A stretch of 64,000 nucleotides of DNA from Candidatus Latescibacterota bacterium (lineage in GTDB: Bacteria > Latescibacterota > UBA2968 > GCA-2709665): positions 4,640,001 through 4,704,000 of the forward strand of contig OZ220733.1 of assembly GCA_965116875.1 (NCBI GenBank). Reading direction: 5' to 3'. Positions 49,801 to 58,900 of this stretch are shown here, piece after piece. Below the pieces are notes generated by a model, which was not told the DNA's origin, did no database searches, and saw nothing but the letters and a program-made list of their open reading frames with translations. The translations under genes and the position numbers were made by a program. The first letter of the stretch is position 1; each line of letters opens with the position of its first letter.

Positions 49801-51567
49801 CTCGGGGTTCTTCCGCTGGCGCTGGAATTCGGCGGCGATTTTGAGATCTGGCCGCCGTTTGCGATCACGGTGCTGGGAGGATTGTCGCTTTCCATGATGT
49901 CCACGCTGATCCTGATTCCGGTTGTGTATATGGGACTGGATCAGATCGGCGACTGGCTTGCCGGAATCGGGTTGGTTGGAGTCACGCTCTCACTGCTGGC
50001 CACTGCCGCGGCCGGCTATGGCGTTTACGTCCGATATGAGAGCATTTTCTGGTTGAGCCTGTCGATATTACCAATCTGGGGCGCATTTCTGGCCGCTGCG
50101 TGGATCATTCAACGGGTGTATTACGCCCGGGTCGCCGCCCGCCGCGTGTCGAGCGCCGTGCACTCCATACAACTGAGGAACCTTACCAAGATTTACGGCG
50201 CTCCCGGGCGTTTCACGAGGGAGTGGGCGCGCACGGAGCGCCGGCGAGGGCGGCTGATGAAAACGGGCCTGGAGCCGAAGGACCGCAAGGCGGTTCGCGA
50301 TGCCCTCATCTGGAAACTGCCAATGCTCGCGCTGTTGTCGTTATTCGCGACCTATTTCGAAGACGAGATCTGGATCTATCTGCACGCGTTGGCTTTGGCC
50401 TTTATGGCCTCCCACGTGGGTCGATGTTTCGGAGAACTCCGCCATTGGCATCTGCCGGCGCTGCCGGCCCGTGTCGTCCGACTGCTGCACAAAGTCGCAC
50501 TACCGCTGGCATTGGTCGCCTATGTACACTGGCGGCTGGACCTGCTTTCGATCACGCTTGCCACTTGCGGGACGTGGGCGGGGTATCGTCTGGCGCGGCG
50601 GCTCGCCGACAGGGTGCGGACGGGCGAAATCAGCCCCGATGACCTGACCGGACGTCTTGTGCGGCCGCGCCGCTGGATTTATCGATTGGCGTCGGCCCTT
50701 CCTCTCATTGGCGTTCCACGGCCGGAATTTCGAGCGCTGGCAAACGTCAACCTGGAAATCGGCAGGGGCATGTTCGGTCTGCTGGGTCCGAACGGCGCCG
50801 GAAAGACCACGTTGATGCGTATTCTCTGCCGGGTACTCGAACCCAGCTACGGGTCCATTCTGATCGACGGCCGAAACATCCTGAATAAAGGCTCGATTCA
50901 CGGACTGATCGGGTACCTGCCACAGCACTTCGGCAACTACGGCCACCTTTCCGCATACGAGTTTCTGGAGTACAGAGCGCTGCTCGAGGGCTTCAAGGAC
51001 AGGAAGATCCGCGAGACCCGGGTGATCGAATCTCTGGAGCATGTCAATCTGATCGAACGAAAAGACGATCCCATCGGTTCATTTTCAGGCGGGATGAAGC
51101 AGCGCCTTGGGATCGCGCAGACGCTCCTGCATGCCCCGCTGATCGTCGTCGTGGACGAGCCCACGGCGGGTCTGGATCCACTGGAGCGTATCCGGTTTCG
51201 CAACCTGCTCGCCAGATTGAGTCAGGATCGAATTGTCATTTTTTCCACGCATATCGTGGAAGATATCTCGGGAAGCTGCAATCGGCTGGCGGTACTGGAC
51301 CGGGGGAGATTGCTGTATACGGGAACGCCGGGGGAGATGAGAATTCTGGCGGCGGGCCGGGTGTGGGACGCGGTGGTCTCGGACGGTCGCTTTTCCGAAA
51401 TGGAAGGTGAATTGAAGCTCATCTCGCACCAGCGAACCCCCGACGGCGTCCGGATGCGTTTCCTGTCGGAGCGCGCGCCGGTCGGCATCGGCGCGCAGAG
51501 CGTGGATCCAACCCTGGAGGACGCATATCTATACCTGCTTGGAGGAGGGGAGGGACAGCCGTGCTGA
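46855..51567 (+). CDS. RND permease fused to extra TM segments and a C-terminal ABC ATPase domain
   Basis: Single 1570-aa ORF: RND motifs (ADNGIVVMEN, LASLFES, RLRPILMT) to about 49940, then [44 protein letters not shown]. Confidence 0.88.
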   Translation: MILPDLAVRRPVTTSMFFAAFAILGVVSWTRLPIQLFPELIFPEVFVTLTLQGASPEQVERDLLIPVEGEIGKLDGVQEMESFATANRGGIRISYAPDVDMKFALLQLQSNLNRLQPTLPERTQTDVRRFDSTDFSSSIMELHVLADWDLNSLREFTEEKIRPELESVDGVVNVSIMGGRRSAVEIVLDPFLLEAHGLSAGQVRTRLNSHNRRREYLGRVFDGNRAYSVSIQGQFTDLRQIRDLVVNDDGTLRLGDVSRIAYGLQEQADRHRVNGKPSVGVRIQKDDEANLIEVAAAVEATIGRLNRDLESEGVELGVSSSQADLMNGALSTLKQAAVVGAVLGLIVLFLFLRNLRFVSVLLLAIPVSLLMTFNLMYLGGLSVNVLSLCGLALAMGMLADNGIVVMENIFKHHERGKSPARAARDGASEVGRAVVAATATTVTAFLPVLFIESDTRDLLRELALSMAFPLLASLLVALTLVPALAVRALSREVRQPPDVRGLLERYTLLLKAALRHRASVVLAVGGALLLTLVLAFFYLLQQQVRREETRFTVYVNLPEGATLDATDEVVKQVEASVREVPGLDRFTTSVREAEADVTVMLLNRSDRPAGISMDEIKERLDEKLQNVQGGVVGYEPRARAGRGGRGQGIGQRRRRGSGGFDLTGAAPNEQVVVRGYDFTILTMLANDVSYRLEELEEVDANSVRADAERSSPEVQVIPEAAALFDRRLGAQEVLAAMGDTRWDGFRTTVPFLLPDATEIPIEVRTIEEEDRDRYGLAEFRRSRILNQDGHYVPLDEVARVRTDEGRSSLLRTDQARRLVVTYRFPSEILDSQPRLELARRVVRATLQDMVLPEGYSIEIIEAHEEMIYYWMMAIAAVLIYMILASLFESLSSPIIILCTLPPAAIGSCWALMMSGTGLSQQEGPMALLGFIVLLGIAVNNGIILVDAVGVLRSRFGYRRERAVLTAARSRLRPILMTTATTLLGVLPLALEFGGDFEIWPPFAITVLGGLSLSMMSTLILIPVVYMGLDQIGDWLAGIGLVGVTLSLLATAAAGYGVYVRYESIFWLSLSILPIWGAFLAAAWIIQRVYYARVAARRVSSAVHSIQLRNLTKIYGAPGRFTREWARTERRRGRLMKTGLEPKDRKAVRDALIWKLPMLALLSLFATYFEDEIWIYLHALALAFMASHVGRCFGELRHWHLPALPARVVRLLHKVALPLALVAYVHWRLDLLSITLATCGTWAGYRLARRLADRVRTGEISPDDLTGRLVRPRRWIYRLASALPLIGVPRPEFRALANVNLEIGRGMFGLLGPNGAGKTTLMRILCRVLEPSYGSILIDGRNILNKGSIHGLIGYLPQHFGNYGHLSAYEFLEYRALLEGFKDRKIRETRVIESLEHVNLIERKDDPIGSFSGGMKQRLGIAQTLLHAPLIVVVDEPTAGLDPLERIRFRNLLARLSQDRIVIFSTHIVEDISGSCNRLAVLDRGRLLYTGTPGEMRILAAGRVWDAVVSDGRFSEMEGELKLISHQRTPDGVRMRFLSERAPVGIGAQSVDPTLEDAYLYLLGGGEGQPC

Positions 51568-52283
51568 ACTGGCGGGAACTGCTGTTGACCACGTGGCGGC
51601 TTTTTCGGCTGAGCTGCAGGATTATCTTTCACAGGAAACTGATATTCATGGCCCTGGGCATCCTTGTCTATTTTGCCGCCATGTACGCATTTGCGGTCTG
51701 GCGTCCCGACGAAGGATTCGGCGTATCGAAAGCGCTCCATGTTCTGGTTGAAATTCCCGGCATCGCACTGGCCATCTACCTGACGATGGACCTCGTGACG
51801 GGCGAACGAGACAGGAACACACTGGAGACGTTGTTCAGCACAACCTCGTCGCACTACCGGATCTGGACGATTCGAATGGTGGGGGTCTATCTGGTGCTGG
51901 CGGGAACGCTGATGGGAATGACGGTTGTCGCCTACTTTTTCTTCGCGGAACTGCCGATCCTCCGGGGCGGGTTGAACGCCTTCCTGCCGGCGTGCTTTGC
52001 CGCGGGGCTCACGTTTTACTTTTCCGTTCTCTGTCGAAGCGGAAACGCATCCGCCATGCTCGCTACGGGCGTGATGGGCCTGATGCTGGTTGTCTCACAG
52101 TCAATGCCCGACTCACCTTTCGTGCTCTTTCTGGACAGTTTCGATCCACCGGTGGGAATGGAAGACACGTTGTGGGGCGACCGGGTGTTGCTGAATCGCC
52201 TGGCGGTGGCGCTGCTGTCGGGTCTGCTGCTCTATGTCGGCCTTCGCAAGATGGAATCCAGGGAGCGGCTGGTATCTTCGTAG
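51561..52283 (+). CDS. ABC-2-type permease-like membrane protein
   Basis: About 6 TM helices, ERDRNTLETLF coupling-helix motif, overlaps the upstream fusion gene. Confidence 0.75.
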   Translation: MLNWRELLLTTWRLFRLSCRIIFHRKLIFMALGILVYFAAMYAFAVWRPDEGFGVSKALHVLVEIPGIALAIYLTMDLVTGERDRNTLETLFSTTSSHYRIWTIRMVGVYLVLAGTLMGMTVVAYFFFAELPILRGGLNAFLPACFAAGLTFYFSVLCRSGNASAMLATGVMGLMLVVSQSMPDSPFVLFLDSFDPPVGMEDTLWGDRVLLNRLAVALLSGLLLYVGLRKMESRERLVSS

Positions 52284-52298
52284 GGGTGGTTGTCCTTC

Positions 52299-53441
52299 CT
52301 ATTCCTTCCGTACATCCAGCCGGACCTTGCGGGGCTCCACGTCTACGACCGTCAGGTCCGTCCCGTGCCTGATCGACTCGATGCCGAATTCAAAGGTCCT
52401 GCGACCGAACCTCACGTAGTTGGCATCGATTGCAAGTTGGAAGTCGCCCACGGACGCCAGCAGTATGGCGCGGCGCGGGCCCTTCACGGTCACGTTGACG
52501 ACGGGGGGCGTGACACCCTGCAGCGCATAGCCGCCCGGCAGATTTTCCACGCCGACAGCCACTTCGTACGTCGTTTCCTGTACCGCGCTGCCGGGTACCA
52601 GGAATATCCACGCGCCGAATGCCAGCGCGAATGAGAGCAACCCTTCCGCAATGCGCCGCACCAGCCGGCTCCGTCCGTTTCTCCTTCCGCCGGCGACCGC
52701 ATGCTGCGCGTGTTCCTGCAATCTGGCAAGCAGTTCGTCAGGATCGTTGACAACTTCCAGTCGCCCCTGAAGCGCCACTGAGATGGTGCCGCGCTCCTCG
52801 GAAACAACCAGGCACAGGGCATCGCTGCGTTCGGCCAGGCCCAGCGCCGCGGCGTGACGAGTGCCTCCAGGTCCCAGTTCGGCGCGGTTTTCCGATAGCG
52901 GGAGATGTACCGCGAAACGCTCCAGTCTGTCTTGTCTCATCACCAGGGCCCCGTCGTGGCCCGCCGACGACGTACCGAACAGGCTGTCGATCAGTTCTTC
53001 GCTGATGGTCGCCTGCAGTACGATCCCGCCCTGCAGGAGCCTGTCCAGCGGTTCCTGCCCGGGCAGGACCACGAGGGCGCCCCGCCGCTTCGCCGCCAGC
53101 TGATGCATCGCACGAACCAGCACCGCCAGACTGCCTCCGCGGGGGCGCGATATCCGTCTGCCCAGGCCCAATGCGGCAATCTGTTCGAAGAGCCGCCTCA
53201 GATCGTCCTGAAAGACAACGACGAGCAGCACAACCAGCACTGCAAAGAAGCCCTGGAATATCCACGCCGTGAGTTGCAGCTCGAACTGCTGCGCCAGAAG
53301 ATAGAATACGCCCAGAAACGCGAGCCCGATCAGCGCCATTCGCGCGTGCATCCTCCGGGTCCAGGCCAACAGGCCCCAGAACAGGACACCCACGACGGCT
53401 ATGTCCACAAAATCGGTAAATGCGATCTCCAGCAGGGCCAT
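52299..53441 (-). CDS. Diadenylate cyclase (CdaA/DisA_N) with C-terminal YbbR/CdaR domain
   Basis: 3 N-terminal TMs, VVFQDDLRR, GALVV, HDGA, LPLS, GTRHAAALG..SEERG; TM then YbbR-like V.V.GP. Confidence 0.88.
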   Translation of the reverse strand: MALLEIAFTDFVDIAVVGVLFWGLLAWTRRMHARMALIGLAFLGVFYLLAQQFELQLTAWIFQGFFAVLVVLLVVVFQDDLRRLFEQIAALGLGRRISRPRGGSLAVLVRAMHQLAAKRRGALVVLPGQEPLDRLLQGGIVLQATISEELIDSLFGTSSAGHDGALVMRQDRLERFAVHLPLSENRAELGPGGTRHAAALGLAERSDALCLVVSEERGTISVALQGRLEVVNDPDELLARLQEHAQHAVAGGRRNGRSRLVRRIAEGLLSFALAFGAWIFLVPGSAVQETTYEVAVGVENLPGGYALQGVTPPVVNVTVKGPRRAILLASVGDFQLAIDANYVRFGRRTFEFGIESIRHGTDLTVVDVEPRKVRLDVRKE

Positions 53442-53774
53442 ATTCGTAGATTTCCGGCTAGTAATTCTGGTCTTCCGAGTACAAATGCGCGCGCGGGAGG
53501 CGAGGAAATACCCACCGGCCCGAAATATGGGCAATCTTTCACCTTTCGTCAAGAGCCGGGCAGGGAATCATCACGGATCCTGCAGCTGCCTGCCCGGGTC
53601 AACGGCGGCCGGAATATTCCACGATCCGCCGATCTCGCCGGGCAGCCTGAATCGTCCGCGGTATCCGTCTTTCGCTTGGCCGGTACCTGGAAAATACCTA
53701 TATTTACGACTTCTTGCCCAGCAGGGAATGTACATTGATTCATCTCACGCTGTTTTGGAATGGAGGAATGCCAA

Positions 53775-54455
53775 ATGCAGGGCGCGCGGGGACGGATGAC
53801 CAGACGGGAACTCAGGCAGGACGAGTTTGTCAACAGAATACTGGCGGCATGGGCTTACGTGGAAGAGAACTATGTCCGGGTACTTGCCATCGGCGGCGGG
53901 GTGGTTGTCCTGATCCTGCTCGGCGTATTCATCATGCAACAGATGGACGCCCAGGCAAGGGAGGCCGTGGAGGCGGAGGGGCGGGTCCGGGTATTGTTGC
54001 TCCAGGGGCAGGTCGACGATGCCATTCTGGATGCGGAACGCATTGCGGAAGCCTATGGCGGTGACGCGGCGGCGGGTCGGGCGCTTCAGTTGGCGGGCGG
54101 CCTCTATTTCGAAACCGGGCGCTATGCGGAGGCACGGGCCGCATTCGAGAAATACCTGCAGGATTTCGAAGCAGCGGGGCCCGCGAGGTACAGCGCGTGG
54201 TCCGGTATCGCGGCTGCAATGGAAGAACAGGGTGATCCGGCAGGTGCGGCGGCCAGATACCTGGCGTTCGCCGACGAATTCGCGGACTCCCCGTTCGCGC
54301 CCAATGCGCTCAGGGAGGCCGCGCGCTGCTATAGAGTATCGGGAGACACCGTTCAGGCCAGAATGCTGCTGCAGCGCATCCTGGACCGGTACGCCAGGAG
54401 TCCGGTTGCGCGAAGCGCGGAAGAGGAACTCAAGCAGATGGGCGGTGACGGATGA
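53775..54455 (+). CDS. Membrane-anchored TPR protein (YfgM-like)
   Basis: RRELRQDEF, single TM, TPR helices. Confidence 0.75.
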   Translation: MQGARGRMTRRELRQDEFVNRILAAWAYVEENYVRVLAIGGGVVVLILLGVFIMQQMDAQAREAVEAEGRVRVLLLQGQVDDAILDAERIAEAYGGDAAAGRALQLAGGLYFETGRYAEARAAFEKYLQDFEAAGPARYSAWSGIAAAMEEQGDPAGAAARYLAFADEFADSPFAPNALREAARCYRVSGDTVQARMLLQRILDRYARSPVARSAEEELKQMGGDG

Positions 54456-57400
54456 CGAGTCCGGAACTGAAAACGACCCGGTCCCGTGAATTTCAGCCGA
54501 CCGACCTGGCTGACGACGTCCTGCTGGTGGTCCCGGACGATATGCTGCGGCATTCCGCCGTCGCCGGCGTTCGGGACGCGGTGGGGAAGGTGGGACGACC
54601 TCCGGAAACGATCCCCCAGCGACGTTTTCAACCGTCGATGTTCCGTGAAAAACACGTCATTGCCTGCGGGAATCTGGCAAATAACCGGGCGATCAACCGA
54701 CTATATACCGCCCGGTGTTGTTTTGTGGACACCTGCTTCCCGGGTGCGAACGGATATCTGGTCAAATCGGTTTCAGACCCGTTCGGAACCGGCCGCAATT
54801 GCATTGTCGCGGGCGCCAGTTCCGATGAGGGACTGGAAACGGCTCTTGGGGTCATCGGGGACATCGTCGCTGGCAGCAGCGGCAGTCTGGATCGCGTCCA
54901 CGCCTCGTCTTCAGGTCGTGACCTGCCGCGCCTGCCGGATGCTTCGGAGACGGACCGGATGGTTCGGGACGATCTGAAGATCTGGGGAACGGGGTGGTCC
55001 GCCTCTCCGTTCCGCGGCGGCAATCTGCTGTCCTATCTCTGGCGCCACTATCTGACCGATCATCCGGTCTGGGCGCGTGCGGCGGTGGAAATCCTGAAGG
55101 GGTCTATAGAACCGTGGCGGGCGGAGTGCCGCGCCCATCCGGAGGCCTACCACTGTTTCTTCAACCTGCATCTCTACATCCACCTGTGGGACCTGGCGGA
55201 AGACAGCCCCGTGTTCACCGATGAAGACCGGCTGGGGGCCGTCACGATGTTCGGCGAGTTGTTGAGACATCTCATGGGACTTTCGTACGTCTCGGAGGAG
55301 GTGAATCCTCCGGGCGTAATCCGGCAGAACCACACGACGTTTATCGGGTTGAACCTGGCGGTGGGCGGCGACTACATGACCAGGCGGCACGGAATCCGGG
55401 AGTTCCGGCGGGCGAATGAAATCGCAAGACGCATATTCGAAGGTCAGATGGATTGCTACAAGCCGGATGACGATGGGGGAGTGGGGTACGTCTGGCACGT
55501 GCCCCAGGAGACCCTCAGCTATTTTCTGTACCGCGGCGACGACCGTTATATAACCGGTGGCCACGTGGCGGATCTGTGCAAACTGGCTGTTGTCACAACC
55601 GACAATATGCGCAGCGAATGCGGTTACGGCGATACGACCGGGTATTCCGGGTTTTCCGCGGGCGGATGGGAAGCGCGCCTATGGCCGCTGATGGTTTCAA
55701 CGTGGCATCGTCCGGACCCGGGGCACCTCTGGACGTTGAACTGGCTGGGGGAGGGGAAACGGCCACCGCCGGACCGGGCGCTGCACGGTCTCTATTCGGC
55801 GGTGGAGTACGTGGGGGACGGCTTCGCCATCGACGGCTGCGCGCCGGAAGCGCCCGGCGACCTGCTTGGCATCTGCGTGATGAATATGCCCGATGCCGTG
55901 CTGTCCTGGGTGCGTGGATATACGCCGCCGACGCATCATCCGGAAGCCGGCAGACGATATTACGACAAGTTGTCCCTGCGCCGTGATTTCGATCCCCGTG
56001 GCGAGTACCTGCTGCTGGAAGGCATCGGCACGACCTGCCACGGCCACGAGGATACCAATGCGATCATCCGGCTGACATGGAACAACCACGCGTGGCTGGC
56101 GGACGGGGATTACATCCGGGCGGCGCCCAGGTTTCACAACTCCGTTACGGTGACGCGCGACGGCGTCGGGGTTCTCGACTCGCCGGGTGACGGCGTGGTC
56201 ATTCCTCCACTGGCATCCCTGGGCATCACGAGCGACGGCACGGAACTCGCGACGATCCGTTCCGAAGCCAGGGGATACAACGGCGTAAACTGGCAGCGGG
56301 ACATCTTCTGGCGCAAGGGTCGATTCATGGTGGTCATGGACCGGCTGCGCTGCTTTGAAGCGGGGGACTATCGTCTGCAGTGTCTGTGGCGAACGGTGGG
56401 GGAGACGGCACTCGATTCCGACGGCGTCCACATCCAACAGGAGGGTGAAGGGTTTCACATCCGTAGCGCGGACGGTTCCGCTCAGGAGATCGTGCCGGAT
56501 CCACACGTCAAGAGCCGATGGGGAAGCTATCCGTATTCGGACGGGACGATTACCGTACTCCATCAGCGAGCGGGGTGTACCCTCGATGCGGGATCGTCGT
56601 TTACCTTTCTGAACCTGCTTACACCGGACCCCGGAATTCGCATCGAGCGAATCGGTGCTGACGCGGTAAAGGTGACGGACGGAGATGAAGTCGCGCTGTT
56701 GGGCGCCGGGACCCTTGAACTGGATGGTTTTCAGCTTTCCGGAAGCATGTTCGGTTGCCTCGTCCGTGAGAATCAGGTCCTTGTACACGGCTTCGAACGG
56801 CTGGCCGGGCAGAGGGTCGAACCCTCTGAACGGGTTCTGGACGATCCCGAGCTTGCGGCGCGGATACGCCGCGCGCCGAAAGTCTCATCGGAAGGGCAGG
56901 CCGTCGACCGCCCTCAGGCGTCAGGCGGTCTCGTGCAACGATGGCGCCGCGAGTACCCAAACGATATTCGGGACGTCTCCGTCTCAGCCGAAGGCGAATT
57001 GCTTCTTGCACATGGCGGGGAGGTCTCACGCCTGTCCGAGGCGACTGGCGAGACGGTCTGGTCCAGGTGGATTGACGCGGAAGGCGGCGCCAGCCGCGTG
57101 CTTCTATCGGATATTGAAGGCGACGGGAGTCCGGAAGCAATCGTGGGAACCGAGGACTCGCAGCTGATTGTCCTGGAAGGGGATTCAGGTTCGGAACGGT
57201 GGCGGCGCGGGTTGCGGAACATGTCCAGTCGCGGCGCCCGGGTTTCCGGCATCGCCGTGGCGGATCTGGAAGGAAACGGCGGCCTGAGCGTGCTTGCCGG
57301 TACCGAAGGATGGTTTGTGAACGCATTTGCACACGACGGCAGCCCGAAATGGGCGGAGTGGTTTCGATATCACGCCATCACCGCATTGCAGGTGACGGAC

Positions 57401-57994
57401 ACGGATGGCGATGGCAGGGCCGAGGTCCTGGCGGGCACGGAGTATTACACGCCGCTGACGGTACACAACTTCGACGGGTCGTTTCGCTGGTCCACGTTCG
57501 AGCAGGTCGGATCGCACGGCAACGCCACAACGCCCAGGCGCGGCATCGGTCTGAAACACATGGTGCTGTGCGACCTGGACGGCGACGGCGTTCTGGAGAT
57601 CGTGTACGGCACGGAGGATGGTTGGATCTATGCCGTCAAACCCCAGGACGGCGCCGAGCTGTGGCATATGAACCTGGTGGGGGAAATCACGGGGCTTGTC
57701 GTCCTGGACGATGTGCTGATCGCGGCATGCGAATTCGGCGGGCTCTACGGGTTCGATTTCAGCGGCAATCCGAAATGGCAGCGCCACGAAGCGCAATGGT
57801 GCCACGCGCTTGCCGAGTCCCGCGGCGCGATCGCCGTTGCGGCCAACCGCCGAGAAATCCGGATGTACGACGTTGAGGGACGCTGCCGGGGTTCGCTGGA
57901 AATGCCCGCGAACGTCACCTCGCTCGCCGAGACGGAAGGCGGATTCGTGTGCGCCACCGGGCGGGGGATCGCGTTGCTTGATCTCTCGTCGTAA
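54452..57994 (+). CDS. Heparinase II/III-like protein with C-terminal FG-GAP/PQQ-like beta-propeller
   Basis: Helical region with QNHTT, HGHEDTNAI and FHNSV motifs, WQRDIFW; DIEGDG, DLEGNG, DTDGDG, DLDGDG repeats; ATGA overlap with the TPR gene. Confidence 0.55.
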   Translation: MTSPELKTTRSREFQPTDLADDVLLVVPDDMLRHSAVAGVRDAVGKVGRPPETIPQRRFQPSMFREKHVIACGNLANNRAINRLYTARCCFVDTCFPGANGYLVKSVSDPFGTGRNCIVAGASSDEGLETALGVIGDIVAGSSGSLDRVHASSSGRDLPRLPDASETDRMVRDDLKIWGTGWSASPFRGGNLLSYLWRHYLTDHPVWARAAVEILKGSIEPWRAECRAHPEAYHCFFNLHLYIHLWDLAEDSPVFTDEDRLGAVTMFGELLRHLMGLSYVSEEVNPPGVIRQNHTTFIGLNLAVGGDYMTRRHGIREFRRANEIARRIFEGQMDCYKPDDDGGVGYVWHVPQETLSYFLYRGDDRYITGGHVADLCKLAVVTTDNMRSECGYGDTTGYSGFSAGGWEARLWPLMVSTWHRPDPGHLWTLNWLGEGKRPPPDRALHGLYSAVEYVGDGFAIDGCAPEAPGDLLGICVMNMPDAVLSWVRGYTPPTHHPEAGRRYYDKLSLRRDFDPRGEYLLLEGIGTTCHGHEDTNAIIRLTWNNHAWLADGDYIRAAPRFHNSVTVTRDGVGVLDSPGDGVVIPPLASLGITSDGTELATIRSEARGYNGVNWQRDIFWRKGRFMVVMDRLRCFEAGDYRLQCLWRTVGETALDSDGVHIQQEGEGFHIRSADGSAQEIVPDPHVKSRWGSYPYSDGTITVLHQRAGCTLDAGSSFTFLNLLTPDPGIRIERIGADAVKVTDGDEVALLGAGTLELDGFQLSGSMFGCLVRENQVLVHGFERLAGQRVEPSERVLDDPELAARIRRAPKVSSEGQAVDRPQASGGLVQRWRREYPNDIRDVSVSAEGELLLAHGGEVSRLSEATGETVWSRWIDAEGGASRVLLSDIEGDGSPEAIVGTEDSQLIVLEGDSGSERWRRGLRNMSSRGARVSGIAVADLEGNGGLSVLAGTEGWFVNAFAHDGSPKWAEWFRYHAITALQVTDTDGDGRAEVLAGTEYYTPLTVHNFDGSFRWSTFEQVGSHGNATTPRRGIGLKHMVLCDLDGDGVLEIVYGTEDGWIYAVKPQDGAELWHMNLVGEITGLVVLDDVLIAACEFGGLYGFDFSGNPKWQRHEAQWCHALAESRGAIAVAANRREIRMYDVEGRCRGSLEMPANVTSLAETEGGFVCATGRGIALLDLSS

Positions 57995-58117
57995 AATAAC
58001 ACATGCATCGGTTGCCGCATTCCATGTCCAGACAAAACCACGAAAAACCGGTATAACATATATTATGTAAACTTGATGCGCTCAAAACGGGACGGTTTCC
58101 CGCTTTTGGGCATTGTC

Positions 58118-58789
58118 CTACTCGAAAGGCTTATTTTTGTCGGTTTTGTCCTGCAGCGTGGACAATCGGGTTTTCAGGCGTCCTATCTCCCGATTTTTAC
58201 CTGCCAGGTCTTCCTTAAATGCCTCACAGCTGTTTTCGAGCACCTTGTTTTTTTCTTCCAAGGACTTCCGTTTCTGCCCGAGCCGGCCCAGTTCTTTTCT
58301 GAGCCAATGCGCCGATAAAGCCGTCTCCTCGCGAGATTTTTCCGACGCCCGGAGGTTTTCGCGCATTCGTTTAACGTCATCCTTGTATTTTCGCGCTTCA
58401 GTCCAACCGGACGCGGACGACGCTTCGAGCTGGGCTTGCCGTTCGTTCATGGCCTTGATTTCAGCCGTGCGTTCCACCAGTGCCCGCTCCACTGCACCCA
58501 GTTTGCCGATTCGCTGCTGCAACCGGTCGTAGTCGTTACGATCGAGTTGAACGAGAGACTCGTGCCGAAGTCCTTCCAGTCTTTCCGGCTCCACTATTTT
58601 TCCATATTTTTTCCTGTAAATTTCTAATATATTTCTCTTTGGGATTCTCCACGCGCCATTCCACTTCACCGCCTTCAGATACTCCCGATCGATGTAGTTT
58701 CGGACCGTTTTCGTGGTCACTTTCAACAAAATCGCGGCTTGTTCGATGGTCAGGTGCTCAGGCTGGGCAATCGGGGCGTCGGACATCAT
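58118..58789 (-). CDS. Excisionase-type HTH (HTH_17) DNA-binding protein with long coiled coil
   Basis: LTIEQAAILLKVTTKTVRNYI..LKAVK..AWRIP, then heptad-rich helix; GGAGG RBS; lower GC than flanks. Confidence 0.75.
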   Translation of the reverse strand: MMSDAPIAQPEHLTIEQAAILLKVTTKTVRNYIDREYLKAVKWNGAWRIPKRNILEIYRKKYGKIVEPERLEGLRHESLVQLDRNDYDRLQQRIGKLGAVERALVERTAEIKAMNERQAQLEASSASGWTEARKYKDDVKRMRENLRASEKSREETALSAHWLRKELGRLGQKRKSLEEKNKVLENSCEAFKEDLAGKNREIGRLKTRLSTLQDKTDKNKPFE

Positions 58790-58900
58790 TCCTCCGTCAC
58801 TTGATTATTCTAATGTTTTTCCTGAATTATTATAAGAAATTTCATTCCTGAATTCAAGGGTGAATCACAGGTCGGCATCCCATTCCGGAAGGATACGAAA

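Noticed and set aside
58118-58789. Prophage or ICE signalled by the excisionase-like gene
   Set aside because: No integrase, att/tRNA site or phage genes nearby
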